From positions 1-62,251 of the forward strand of contig NZ_JBAWDL010000158.1 of NCBI RefSeq assembly GCF_049590715.1: a stretch of 62,251 bases of DNA, in the 5' to 3' direction. The notes beneath the pieces were generated by a model. That model did not search any database, was not told where the DNA came from, and was given only the letters and a program-made list of their open reading frames with translations. Origin of the DNA: Flavobacterium sp. (GTDB taxonomy: Bacteria; Bacteroidota; Bacteroidia; Flavobacteriales; Flavobacteriaceae). The translations under genes were made by a program, and so were the position numbers. Position 1 is the first letter of the stretch. Each line of letters starts with the position of its first letter. This document shows positions 1 through 8,260 of the stretch, piece by piece.

Positions 1-37
1 CATTAAGCCATTTTAGTATTTTTTTGTCATTTTCCAT
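1..37 (-). CDS. 5' end of a gene truncated by the window edge, probably a FecR-type anti-sigma factor
   Basis: ATG at 37 reads MENDKKILKWLN off the edge; lies directly downstream of an ECF sigma gene; the product is inferred from context only. Confidence 0.5.
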   Translation of the reverse strand, partial: MENDKKILKWLN

Positions 38-55
38 AATTGAAATGCTATACTG

Positions 56-85
56 ATAAGACAACTCAAATTAGAATTACCCTAC
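56..85 (-). promoter_or_regulatory. Candidate ECF sigma promoter, copy 1 (GTAGGGTAA-N12-TTGTCTTA)
   Basis: Minus strand GTAGGGTAATTCTAATTTGAGTTGTCTTAT; same boxes and spacing as 775..804. Confidence 0.7.
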
Positions 86-101
86 TTTTGAATTTTAATA
101 A

Positions 102-617
102 TTAGATGTTCTCTATTTGTGATTTTAGGATTTTCAGTGCTGCCGACATTCTTTTTTCGACTGCTTTTTGCGAAATATCGAGTAGTTCTGCTATTTCACG
201 GTATTTTTTTCCTTCTATTCGATTCATCAAGAAAACTTCGCGTTGTGATTCACTTAAGGAAGCAATAGCATTTTGAAGTTTTAATTTGAATTCCTCTTCT
301 TCCAATAAGTATTCTGGATTTTGATTTGTAATATCAAGATTAGGAACTTCTTTTTCATATTGGAAAACCACCTTTTTATGTTTGATGGTATTCAAGAATA
401 AATTATTGATGGTCGTTAATAAGTAGGTCTTGACTTTATTAAAATCAATTTGAGCACAATTTTCCCAGATTTTAGTAAAGGCGTCTTGTACCAAATCTAA
501 TGCTGCATCACTATCACCACATTTATAATAGGCGAAGTTAGTTGCTGATTGTACATTCTTGATATAAAAATCATTAAAATACTGCTCTTCACAAAGACGT
601 GGTTTTTCTTCGATCAT
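102..617 (-). CDS. ECF-family RNA polymerase sigma-70 factor
   Basis: 171 aa; region 2 DLVQDAFTKIW and region 4 LSESQREVFLMNRIEGKKYREIAELLDISQKAVEKRM. Confidence 0.93.
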   Translation of the reverse strand: MIEEKPRLCEEQYFNDFYIKNVQSATNFAYYKCGDSDAALDLVQDAFTKIWENCAQIDFNKVKTYLLTTINNLFLNTIKHKKVVFQYEKEVPNLDITNQNPEYLLEEEEFKLKLQNAIASLSESQREVFLMNRIEGKKYREIAELLDISQKAVEKRMSAALKILKSQIENI

Positions 618-774
618 TAGGGTTTATTTGTTTTTTGTAAAGGTAAAAGTAAATTATTTTTTAGATAGCTGGTCTTTTAAATTATTTTTTTCCTTTTATG
701 AAAAACAAATATGCATGTTAATTGATTTAAAATGAAAACGTTATGATTATTTGTGTTTTTTTTTATAAAAATGG

Positions 775-804
775 GTAGGGTAAAAGAAATATGGATTGTC
801 TTAC
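775..804 (+). promoter_or_regulatory. Candidate ECF sigma promoter, copy 2
   Basis: GTAGGGTAAAAGAAATATGGATTGTCTTAC, about 60 nt upstream of the lipoprotein start; matches 56..85. Confidence 0.7.
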
Positions 805-862
805 TAACAGAAAGGGTTTAAAATACCACTAGTAAATATAAAAAACATTAAATTTGAAAATT

Positions 863-1900
863 ATGAAAAAGTTAAGAATTATTACAGGAATGGCTTTGTT
901 AGCTGTATTAGGTTTTACATCATGTCAAAGCGAAGTAGATGAAGTACAAGGAGAAAATCCAAACTCAGTCAATTCAACCACTGGAACAAATATTAAACGA
1001 GTTTCTATGTATGATGGTTCGTTTGATGATTTTTTAGATGGCGCTTCGTGTTCATCAATTGTGTTACCAGTTACTGCTAAAATCAATGGGACTAATGTTA
1101 CATTGTTAAGTCAGTTAGATTATCAACAAGTGATTTCGATTTTAGGAACATATAATGACGATCAAGATACTATCATTTTTAATTTTCCATTGAAAGTAAA
1201 AATGAGTAATTATAGTGAAGTTACTGTTAACAATCAATCAGAATATGATGCTATTATAAATGCTTGTACTTCGGCTGAAAGTGCTAGTGAAGCGGCTATT
1301 TCTTGTGTAAGTATAAATTTTCCTATAACTCTTTTGACATATAATTTGACTTTTGAACAAACAGGAAGTATTGTAATTCAATCCAAACAAGAATTGTATA
1401 CGTATATGTATAATGCTAATAGCAATGAACTATTTGCTGTAAAATATCCAATTACAATTAAATACAGTGATAATACAACTACAACTATTTCCAGTAATGG
1501 AGAGTTACAATCGAGTATTAACGAATGCACTGCTAAAGATGACGCAGAAGATCTTGCAAAAGAAAATGCTGAAAAAATAGAAAAAATAATGGTGGATGGA
1601 GCATTTAAAGTGCAATCTTTTATAAAATTAGGAGTTGATACGACTACTGATTATAAAGATTACACTATTGATTTTACTAATGATTTTAAAATTAAAGCAA
1701 CTAATGTTGTTCTTACAACTGTAAATGGTACTTATGCTTTAAGTTCAGAAACGGATGTTTTTTTGCAACTGAATTTTACAGGGAACGCCAACTTTAATTT
1801 ATTAAATAATAATTGGAAAGTAACTAGTTTTACGAGCTCAACCATTACGTTACAAAGTTCTGCCAATGCTGCTATTAGCTTGGTTTTGAAACAAATTTAA
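863..1900 (+). CDS. Lipoprotein with internal repeats, function unknown
   Basis: Signal peptide ending LGFTS-C followed by acidic QSEVDE; four [FYL]P[IVL][TK] repeats; ATG 863 preferred over TTG 854. Confidence 0.8.
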   Translation: MKKLRIITGMALLAVLGFTSCQSEVDEVQGENPNSVNSTTGTNIKRVSMYDGSFDDFLDGASCSSIVLPVTAKINGTNVTLLSQLDYQQVISILGTYNDDQDTIIFNFPLKVKMSNYSEVTVNNQSEYDAIINACTSAESASEAAISCVSINFPITLLTYNLTFEQTGSIVIQSKQELYTYMYNANSNELFAVKYPITIKYSDNTTTTISSNGELQSSINECTAKDDAEDLAKENAEKIEKIMVDGAFKVQSFIKLGVDTTTDYKDYTIDFTNDFKIKATNVVLTTVNGTYALSSETDVFLQLNFTGNANFNLLNNNWKVTSFTSSTITLQSSANAAISLVLKQI

Positions 1901-1910
1901 TAATATAATA

Positions 1911-1960
1911 ATTTAAAAAGAAGAGCTTCTTAAGTATGCAAGGAGTTGTTCTTTTTAAAT
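1911..1960 (+). terminator. Imperfect hairpin, possible terminator or processing site
   Basis: ATTTAAAAAGAA...TTCTTTTTAAAT inverted repeat just after the stop codon. Confidence 0.45.
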
Positions 1961-1978
1961 TATTTAGAATAAATTCAT

Positions 1979-2746
1979 ATGAAAAAAATAGTTGTACTAC
2001 TGATAATGGCTTTTACTTTGTTTCTATCTTGTTCTAAAGATGACGCATCAAATGAAAAGTTGGTGGGAGGAAACCTAGTAAGTAATAATCAAAAATCTAC
2101 TGGACGTTCTGCATACGATTTATTATCTGATAATCAATTTAAAAGTATGGTTATTGAATTGGTTTATATTGAAGGATATGAGCCTTCTACAACTACAATT
2201 ACTGATTTTGTTGCTTTTTTGAATGAAAGAATATATAAACCTAATGGTATCCGGGTTGTAAAAAGAGCAATTCCTTCATCTGGAAAGGCAACTATAACAA
2301 ATCAACAAATTATTGATATTGAAGATAAAAATAGAACGTTGTACAATTCAGCTAATGAAATTACTGTTTGGGCATTTTTTGTAGATAGTGAGTCTGATAA
2401 AAATACGGATACTTCGGTTATTTTAGGAACAGCTTATCGTAATACTTCTTTTGTAATTTATGAAAAAACCATTCAAAGACTTTCGGGAAGATTTTCACAA
2501 CCCAGTCGCACCTTGTTAGAAACTACTGTTGTTGAACATGAATTTGGTCATATTTTAGGATTAACTAATTTAGGTACTACTTTACAAAGCAACCATGAAG
2601 ATATAGAACATTCAAAGCATTGTAATGTGAAAAGTTGTTTGATGTATTGGGAAGCTGAGTCTGGTGCTACTCTTTTTTCTGGAGGAACGGTTCCAAAGTT
2701 AGATCCTCAATGTTTAGCGGATTTAAAAGCCAATGGTGGGAAATAA
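1979..2746 (+). CDS. Lipoprotein zinc metalloprotease (metzincin-like)
   Basis: Lipobox FLS-C-SKDD; HEFGHILGL zinc motif; HCNVKSCLMY Met-turn-like motif. Confidence 0.85.
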   Translation: MKKIVVLLIMAFTLFLSCSKDDASNEKLVGGNLVSNNQKSTGRSAYDLLSDNQFKSMVIELVYIEGYEPSTTTITDFVAFLNERIYKPNGIRVVKRAIPSSGKATITNQQIIDIEDKNRTLYNSANEITVWAFFVDSESDKNTDTSVILGTAYRNTSFVIYEKTIQRLSGRFSQPSRTLLETTVVEHEFGHILGLTNLGTTLQSNHEDIEHSKHCNVKSCLMYWEAESGATLFSGGTVPKLDPQCLADLKANGGK

Positions 2747-2764
2747 TTTTAAAATATAGTAAAG

Positions 2765-3349
2765 ATGAAAACGACATATATAGTGTTAGCTTTATGCTTC
2801 GCAAATTTTATAGCCCTTTTTGCCCAAGAGGATTCTAGTAGTAAATCAAATATAGGTATCAAGGGCGGATACAATATGGCCTCAGTTAATTTTGATGGCG
2901 ATGGAGAAACTGAGCAACGACATGGATTTCATATTGGTTTATATGGAGAATCTTTTATAAATGATAATTTTGCTATACAACCAGAGGTTATGTTTTCGCA
3001 ACAAGGTTATGTTATTGCCAATGGGAATGGGAAATTTACTCAAAAATTAAATTATATCAATATTCCTTTGATGTTTAAAGCCTATCCTACAAATAATTTC
3101 TTCTTAGAAGTTGGACCTCAAATTGGATTAGCAGTAACTCATAAAGAAGAATATAGTAATGGACTTTTGCGCAACAACAATGAATATGACCCACAAAAGT
3201 TTGATTGGGGAATGAATTTTGGAACAGGTATAAAATCAGCTTCTGGATTGAGTATTGGTGTTCGTTATCACTTAGGATTAGGAGATTTGTACGAAGACAG
3301 TAAAGCCTATAATAGGGTCTTACAATTTTCTCTAGGAATTGATTTTTAA
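2765..3349 (+). CDS. PorT-like outer membrane beta-barrel protein
   Basis: Signal peptide; GIKGGYN, QPEVMFSQQG, LNYINIPLM, GPQIG; C-terminal Phe. Confidence 0.85.
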   Translation: MKTTYIVLALCFANFIALFAQEDSSSKSNIGIKGGYNMASVNFDGDGETEQRHGFHIGLYGESFINDNFAIQPEVMFSQQGYVIANGNGKFTQKLNYINIPLMFKAYPTNNFFLEVGPQIGLAVTHKEEYSNGLLRNNNEYDPQKFDWGMNFGTGIKSASGLSIGVRYHLGLGDLYEDSKAYNRVLQFSLGIDF

Positions 3350-3376
3350 GAGATTTGTGATCTATTGCATATAATT

Positions 3377-3416
3377 AGTAAAGGGTTTGACTTATTTAAA
3401 AGTCAAACCCTTTACT
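3377..3416. terminator. Bidirectional hairpin terminator between convergent genes
   Basis: Perfect 17-bp inverted repeat AGTAAAGGGTTTGACTT/AAGTCAAACCCTTTACT with a 6-nt loop. Confidence 0.85.
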
Positions 3417-3438
3417 GTATTTATTACTTGAATTCCTT

Positions 3439-4401
3439 TTAGAAGTTTTGAATGATTAAGAAGTAAATAGGCATTCCGATGGTTATATTTATGGGGAATG
3501 TTACCGCAAGTGCCATCGGCAAGAATAGCCCTGGATTAGCTTTTGGAACTGTGATTTTCATTGCGGCAGGAACTGCAATATAAGATGCACTAGCAGCTAA
3601 GATGGCAAAGATAAAGCGATTGGCAATATCAGCTGTCACCATCGAACTTAGTATCGCAAACACACAGCCGTTTACTAAAGGAATGATGATGGCGAATAAG
3701 AACGGAAACCAACCAAAAGAGAAGAACGATTTTAATTTTTTCCCGCTAGTAATCCCCATATCTAGTAAGAAGATCGCAAGGAAACCTTTAAAAAGATCAT
3801 TGGTAAAAGGTTTGATTCCTTCAGCTTGTTGGGCATTCGCTAAAAATCCAATTACTAAGCTTCCAAGGATAAGTAGCACACTTCCATTAGTCAAAGAGTG
3901 TTTGATAACAGTGCGTTTTTTTACTTCATTTGTTTCTTTTTTATTAAAAACCGTTATAAGTACTAAACCGATAATTATGGCAGGTGATTCCATCAAGGCC
4001 ATAATCGCAACCATATGACCGTGTAAATTCAAATTTTGTGCTTCAAGATAGGAAACTGCGGTTACAAATGTCACAGCACTAACAGAACCGTAGGCAGCTG
4101 CAATAGCGCCAGAGTCAAATACATTTAATTTTTTTCGTAAAATAAAGTAAGTGTAGAGTGGGATAAGTGTTGAAATTGCAATACCAAATAAGATGGACCA
4201 AGCAATTTCGGCAGAGAATGTTTCGTGTGATAGTTCTTGTCCTCCCTTGAAACCAATGGCAAATAGAAGGTATAACGAAATGAATTTTGAGGAATTTTGT
4301 GGTATTTCTAGATCACTTTTTAGATAAGCAGCTATTATTCCAAGTACAAAAAAAAGTAAAGCGGGGTTCGTTAAATTTTCTGTCAGTAAATTAAAATTCA
4401 T
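3439..4401 (-). CDS. sbtA: Sodium-dependent bicarbonate transport family permease (SbtA family)
   Basis: KSDLEIP, YLLFAIGFKGG, AAAYGSVSAVTF, ASASYIAVPAA, VTFPINITIG motifs; about 10 TM segments. Confidence 0.9.
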   Translation of the reverse strand: MNFNLLTENLTNPALLFFVLGIIAAYLKSDLEIPQNSSKFISLYLLFAIGFKGGQELSHETFSAEIAWSILFGIAISTLIPLYTYFILRKKLNVFDSGAIAAAYGSVSAVTFVTAVSYLEAQNLNLHGHMVAIMALMESPAIIIGLVLITVFNKKETNEVKKRTVIKHSLTNGSVLLILGSLVIGFLANAQQAEGIKPFTNDLFKGFLAIFLLDMGITSGKKLKSFFSFGWFPFLFAIIIPLVNGCVFAILSSMVTADIANRFIFAILAASASYIAVPAAMKITVPKANPGLFLPMALAVTFPINITIGMPIYFLIIQNF

Positions 4402-4464
4402 TTTGTTTTCTATTGTTTAGATGTTAATTAGAATGTTTTTTTTAGTAAATTGATTACAACTGTT

Positions 4465-4737
4465 TTAGTAAAGTTGTATGTCGACAATTGATTTTATAAT
4501 TAACTTTTTGTTCAGTTCTTGCGCTTCTTTGATTTTACTTTTTATAATTTCAATATCCTCCTTAAGTTCTGTTATTCTTGTTCCTGCTGCTGAATTTGAT
4601 ATTCCAGTACATACTTCAGAACTGAAGTTTTTTAGTTCATGAAATTCTATTTTTCGATTGTATACATTCATTAAAATTTCGATTGCCTCGGTTGGAGAGT
4701 AAACACCATCAATTAGTTTTAAATCTTGCTTTGTCAT
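4465..4737 (-). CDS. Small hypothetical protein upstream of sbtA
   Basis: ATG 4737 (MTKQDLKLIDGVYSPTEAIEIL, 90 aa) preferred; the longer ORF start at 4860 runs through the divergent promoter region. Confidence 0.7.
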   Translation of the reverse strand: MTKQDLKLIDGVYSPTEAIEILMNVYNRKIEFHELKNFSSEVCTGISNSAAGTRITELKEDIEIIKSKIKEAQELNKKLIIKSIVDIQLY

Positions 4738-4889
4738 AGTTGCTTTTTTTGAAATGATTTGAAATTTGCTTTTTGAAATTAAGTTGAATGTTAAGTATGC
4801 CTTTTTCAGTTGTACAGGATTATTCCTTTTCTGGTTGCAAAGGTTGAAATACTTATTCATAAATTTTTATTTATATTTGTGATGAAATA

Positions 4890-4906
4890 CATAAAATAAT
4901 TTTATG
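4890..4906. promoter_or_regulatory. LysR-type T-N11-A operator
   Basis: Perfect palindrome CATAAAA-TAA-TTTTATG overlapping the LysR start codon; TATATTTG -7 element at 4872..4879. Confidence 0.6.
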
Positions 4907-5827
4907 AACTATACTCTAAATCAACTTCAGATTTTTTTACAAGTTGTAAAAACACAAAGCGTTACTAAAGCCTCTGAAGAACTGCATTTGACCCAGCCAG
5001 CGGTTTCTATCCAACTCAAAAATTTTCAAGATCAGTTTGATATTCCTTTGACAGAAGTTATTGGACGAAAATTATACATCACTGATTTTGGCCATGAAAT
5101 AGCTGAAGCTGCAGAAAATATTATCAACCAAGTGCAAGCCATTAACTATAAAACAATGGCTTACAAAGGACAATTATCGGGAAAATTGAGAATATCGATC
5201 GTGTCAACAGGGAAGTATGTCATGCCTTTTTTTCTGTCTGACTTCATGAAAGAACATTCTGGAATCGAATTATTAATGGATGTAACCAATAAATCCAAAG
5301 TATTGGATAGTTTAAAGAATAACGAAGTTGATTTTGCACTCGTTTCGATTGTTCCCACAACTCTTGCTATTGAGAAATTAGATTTGCTACAAAATAAACT
5401 TTATTTGGTAGGGAATACCGAAACAAAATTCAAAGAAGAAAAAGCTCCTAAACGGATATTCGAAAACTTACCACTTATTTTTAGAGAAAATGGTTCTGGG
5501 ACAAGGCAAACAATGGAGCGTTATATAGAAAAAAATAATATTTCGATTTTTAAGAAAATGGAACTTACCTCAAATGAAGCTGTAAAACAAGCACTTTTGG
5601 CTGGTTTAGGCTATTCTATTATGCCTTTAATTGGAATTAAAAGCGAACTTCATACGAATGAGTTACAAATCATTCCCGTAAAAGGATTGCCTATTAAAAC
5701 CAATTGGAGTTTGATTTGGCTTAAAAACAAAAAACATTCTCCTATTTCTAAGGCTATTTTAGAGCATATCAAAACGGAAAAAGGGAAAATTGTTCAAGAT
5801 AAATTTAGTTGGTATGAGCAATATTAA
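4904..5827 (+). CDS. LysR-family regulator, CbbR/CmpR-like
   Basis: HTH SVTKASEELHLTQPAVSIQLK; FRENGSGTR and SNEAVKQALLAGLG; divergent from sbtA. Confidence 0.92.
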   Translation: MNYTLNQLQIFLQVVKTQSVTKASEELHLTQPAVSIQLKNFQDQFDIPLTEVIGRKLYITDFGHEIAEAAENIINQVQAINYKTMAYKGQLSGKLRISIVSTGKYVMPFFLSDFMKEHSGIELLMDVTNKSKVLDSLKNNEVDFALVSIVPTTLAIEKLDLLQNKLYLVGNTETKFKEEKAPKRIFENLPLIFRENGSGTRQTMERYIEKNNISIFKKMELTSNEAVKQALLAGLGYSIMPLIGIKSELHTNELQIIPVKGLPIKTNWSLIWLKNKKHSPISKAILEHIKTEKGKIVQDKFSWYEQY

Positions 5828-5839
5828 TCATTTTGAATT

Positions 5840-5915
5840 TATCTGTTTGAAAGCAGATATTTGTTATTATCTGTTTTAGAGCAGATATATTTGATTATCT
5901 GCTCTAAAACAGATA
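5840..5915. repeat. Three TATCTG-N8-CAGATA palindromes at an exact 28-bp period, probable operator array
   Basis: Copies at 5840..5859, 5868..5887, 5896..5915; copy 3 is the exact reverse complement of copy 2. Confidence 0.9.
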
Positions 5916-5939
5916 TATTTACATTTTAAAGATAAAATT

Positions 5940-6545
5940 ATGGTGGCAGTTATCACAGGAGATATTATTCAATCTCGTAAATCATCAATAGAAATTTGGA
6001 TGCCTAAATTGAAAGCGATTTTAAGTGAATATGGTAACTCTCCAAAGGATTGGGAGATTTTTAGAGGTGATAGTTTTCAAATGATTACTACACCAGAGCA
6101 AGCACTGTATGTGAGTATGATTATCAAGGCTGAATTGAAAAAAAATGACAATATTGATGTTAGAGTAGGAATAGGTATAGGTGAAATTAATTTTAGAACA
6201 AACAAAGTAACTGAGTCTAATGGAAGTGCTTTTGTACATTCAGGGAGTAGTTTTGATGGATTAAAAAAACAAACACTAGCCATTCAAACTCCTTGGAAAG
6301 AGTGGAATAAAACATTTCTTGTTATGATTGATTTAGCTATTGTAATAATAGAAAAATGGTCAGAAAAAACAGCTGAAGTGATGGCTGTAAAACTTAAAAA
6401 TCCATCGATGAGTCAAAAAGAAATTGCTGAAGTACTGAATAAAAAAGGACAAGGGAATATTAGTGAATCTTTGAAAAGAGGTGGGTATGATGAATTGAAT
6501 CAATTGTTGAACTATTATCAAGAAACAATTAAAAAATTATGTTAG
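5940..6545 (+). CDS. SatD-family protein (cyclase-like domain plus C-terminal HTH)
   Basis: AVITGDIIQS, FRGDSFQ, VRVGIGIG, ESNGSAF; HTH SQKEIAEVLNKKGQGNISESLKR. Confidence 0.85.
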   Translation: MVAVITGDIIQSRKSSIEIWMPKLKAILSEYGNSPKDWEIFRGDSFQMITTPEQALYVSMIIKAELKKNDNIDVRVGIGIGEINFRTNKVTESNGSAFVHSGSSFDGLKKQTLAIQTPWKEWNKTFLVMIDLAIVIIEKWSEKTAEVMAVKLKNPSMSQKEIAEVLNKKGQGNISESLKRGGYDELNQLLNYYQETIKKLC

Positions 6546-7237
6546 CACTTAGTATTCCATTAATATTAGCCCATCTTATAGGTGATTTTTTATTACAACC
6601 AGACAGATGGGTTAAAGGTAAATCAGTAGCAAACCACCAATCGAAGTATTTGTATTACCACATTGGTGTTCATACGTTAGCATTACTATTTTGTTTGCAA
6701 TTTCAACTTAAATATTGGTTAGGGATACTTTGTATTATAGTTACACATTTTATTTTTGATTGGGCTAAAATCAGATTTCAAAATAAGAAAAATGAAATCC
6801 TATTATTTTTTGGTGATCAAATAGCACATTTGGTAGTGATTGCCATAGTCGTATTTTGTTATGAGCCTTTTGTAATTAATATTAAGAACAGTTTTTCTCC
6901 CCAAGTTTTATTGATAGTAATAGCTTTAACGATGGTGACTCAAGTATCAGCTATTGTTATCAAAGTGCTTTTATCTCGTTGGAAAATGGACGATGAAAAT
7001 CCCAATCAAGCGGGGAAATATATTGGGATGTTAGAACGTCTTTTTATCTTTTTCTTCGTGATAATGAATTATTGGGAAGGAGTAGGTTTTTTATTGGCTG
7101 CCAAATCGATTTTCCGTTTTGGAGATTTGAATAATGCGAAAGACAGAAGTTTAACCGAATATGTATTGATAGGGACTTTATTGAGTTTTGGCTTGGCAAT
7201 GCTAATAGCAAAGGCATATCAATACCTTAATCTATAA
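6539..7237 (+). CDS. DUF3307-domain membrane protein
   Basis: HLIGDFLLQP, HIGVH, HFIFD, DQIAH; GKYIGMLER, AAKSIFRF, EYVLIGTLLS; overlaps the SatD-like gene by 7 nt. Confidence 0.85.
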   Translation: MLALSIPLILAHLIGDFLLQPDRWVKGKSVANHQSKYLYYHIGVHTLALLFCLQFQLKYWLGILCIIVTHFIFDWAKIRFQNKKNEILLFFGDQIAHLVVIAIVVFCYEPFVINIKNSFSPQVLLIVIALTMVTQVSAIVIKVLLSRWKMDDENPNQAGKYIGMLERLFIFFFVIMNYWEGVGFLLAAKSIFRFGDLNNAKDRSLTEYVLIGTLLSFGLAMLIAKAYQYLNL

Positions 7238-7273
7238 TTATAAAATTAAAGCAACTTTTATTTACTACTGAAA

Positions 7274-8233
7274 ATGACAAAAAACTACTTTTCTGTTTTA
7301 ATGACGCTCTTTTTACTTATAATCAGTTATACTGTAAATGCGCAAGGTAAAGAATCAATTATTGAGGTGAAATATGTTAGAAATAATGATAATTCAGTTA
7401 CTTTCTCATATATTAAAAATGCACCAGGTACTTATAGACTTAATATAAAGTTTAATAATTTATCAAATACTTATGCTAATGATTACGAAGAATTAGTAAA
7501 GTATGATTCTGGACAATTATTGACTCTTAAACCCGACAAAAGCGATAGTTATATCAATTTTGGATATTCGACTTCCTATATGTTTGGGAATTTTGAACCA
7601 AAAGTAGATAGTTTGTTTCAATATGTTCTTCCGTTCAAAAAAGGGAAGAGTATTAAAATATATGAAAGTAGTAATTTGAATGAAAAATATTTTGGTGCTG
7701 AAAAATCAAAATCATGGAAGTCCTATTATGTAACCAGTAAAACACCAGACACTGTTTATGCCATGCGAAAAGGGATTGTTGTTAATATTAAAAATGAATA
7801 TAAAACAGATACGCTGGTAACAGGATATATTTATTCAAGTAAACGAAATGGAATTACAATTGAACATTCTGATGGAACTTATTCGTCTTATACAGGTTTA
7901 AAACAAAATTCAATTTTAGTGCAATTAGGTGAAACCGTTTTTCCAACGACACCTTTAGGAGTACTGGATATTTTTAATAATAAAACATATAATTTGCATT
8001 TTAACATTTATTATATCGGCAATAAAAATTATGTTCATAATCCAGATGCAACTATAAAAACCGCAAAAACACCTTATGCTTATTTGACACCGTATTTCTA
8101 TACTACAGAAGGTCTCACGAAAATAACAGCTAAAAATAGTTTTACTCCAGACTATACAGAGGTAGTTTTGAATAAAGAGATGACTAAGAAAGAAGTGAAA
8201 CAAAGAATGAAAAAAAATAACTTGACTAAATAA
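7274..8233 (+). CDS. Secreted protein with a degenerate M23 peptidase-like domain
   Basis: Signal peptide; VYAMRKGIV, NGITIEHSDGT, VQLGETV, NLHF; HxxxD and HxH ligands not intact. Confidence 0.65.
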   Translation: MTKNYFSVLMTLFLLIISYTVNAQGKESIIEVKYVRNNDNSVTFSYIKNAPGTYRLNIKFNNLSNTYANDYEELVKYDSGQLLTLKPDKSDSYINFGYSTSYMFGNFEPKVDSLFQYVLPFKKGKSIKIYESSNLNEKYFGAEKSKSWKSYYVTSKTPDTVYAMRKGIVVNIKNEYKTDTLVTGYIYSSKRNGITIEHSDGTYSSYTGLKQNSILVQLGETVFPTTPLGVLDIFNNKTYNLHFNIYYIGNKNYVHNPDATIKTAKTPYAYLTPYFYTTEGLTKITAKNSFTPDYTEVVLNKEMTKKEVKQRMKKNNLTK

Positions 8234-8260
8234 AATTAATTAACAAAATACAAATACAAT

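Noticed and set aside
3602..4018. Antisense ORF within sbtA, representative of the many short shadow ORFs in the track
   Set aside because: Fully overlaps a well-supported gene on the opposite strand; an expected by-product of codon structure
5840..5915. CRISPR array
   Set aside because: Only three 20-bp palindromes with 8-bp gaps and no cas genes; fits an operator array
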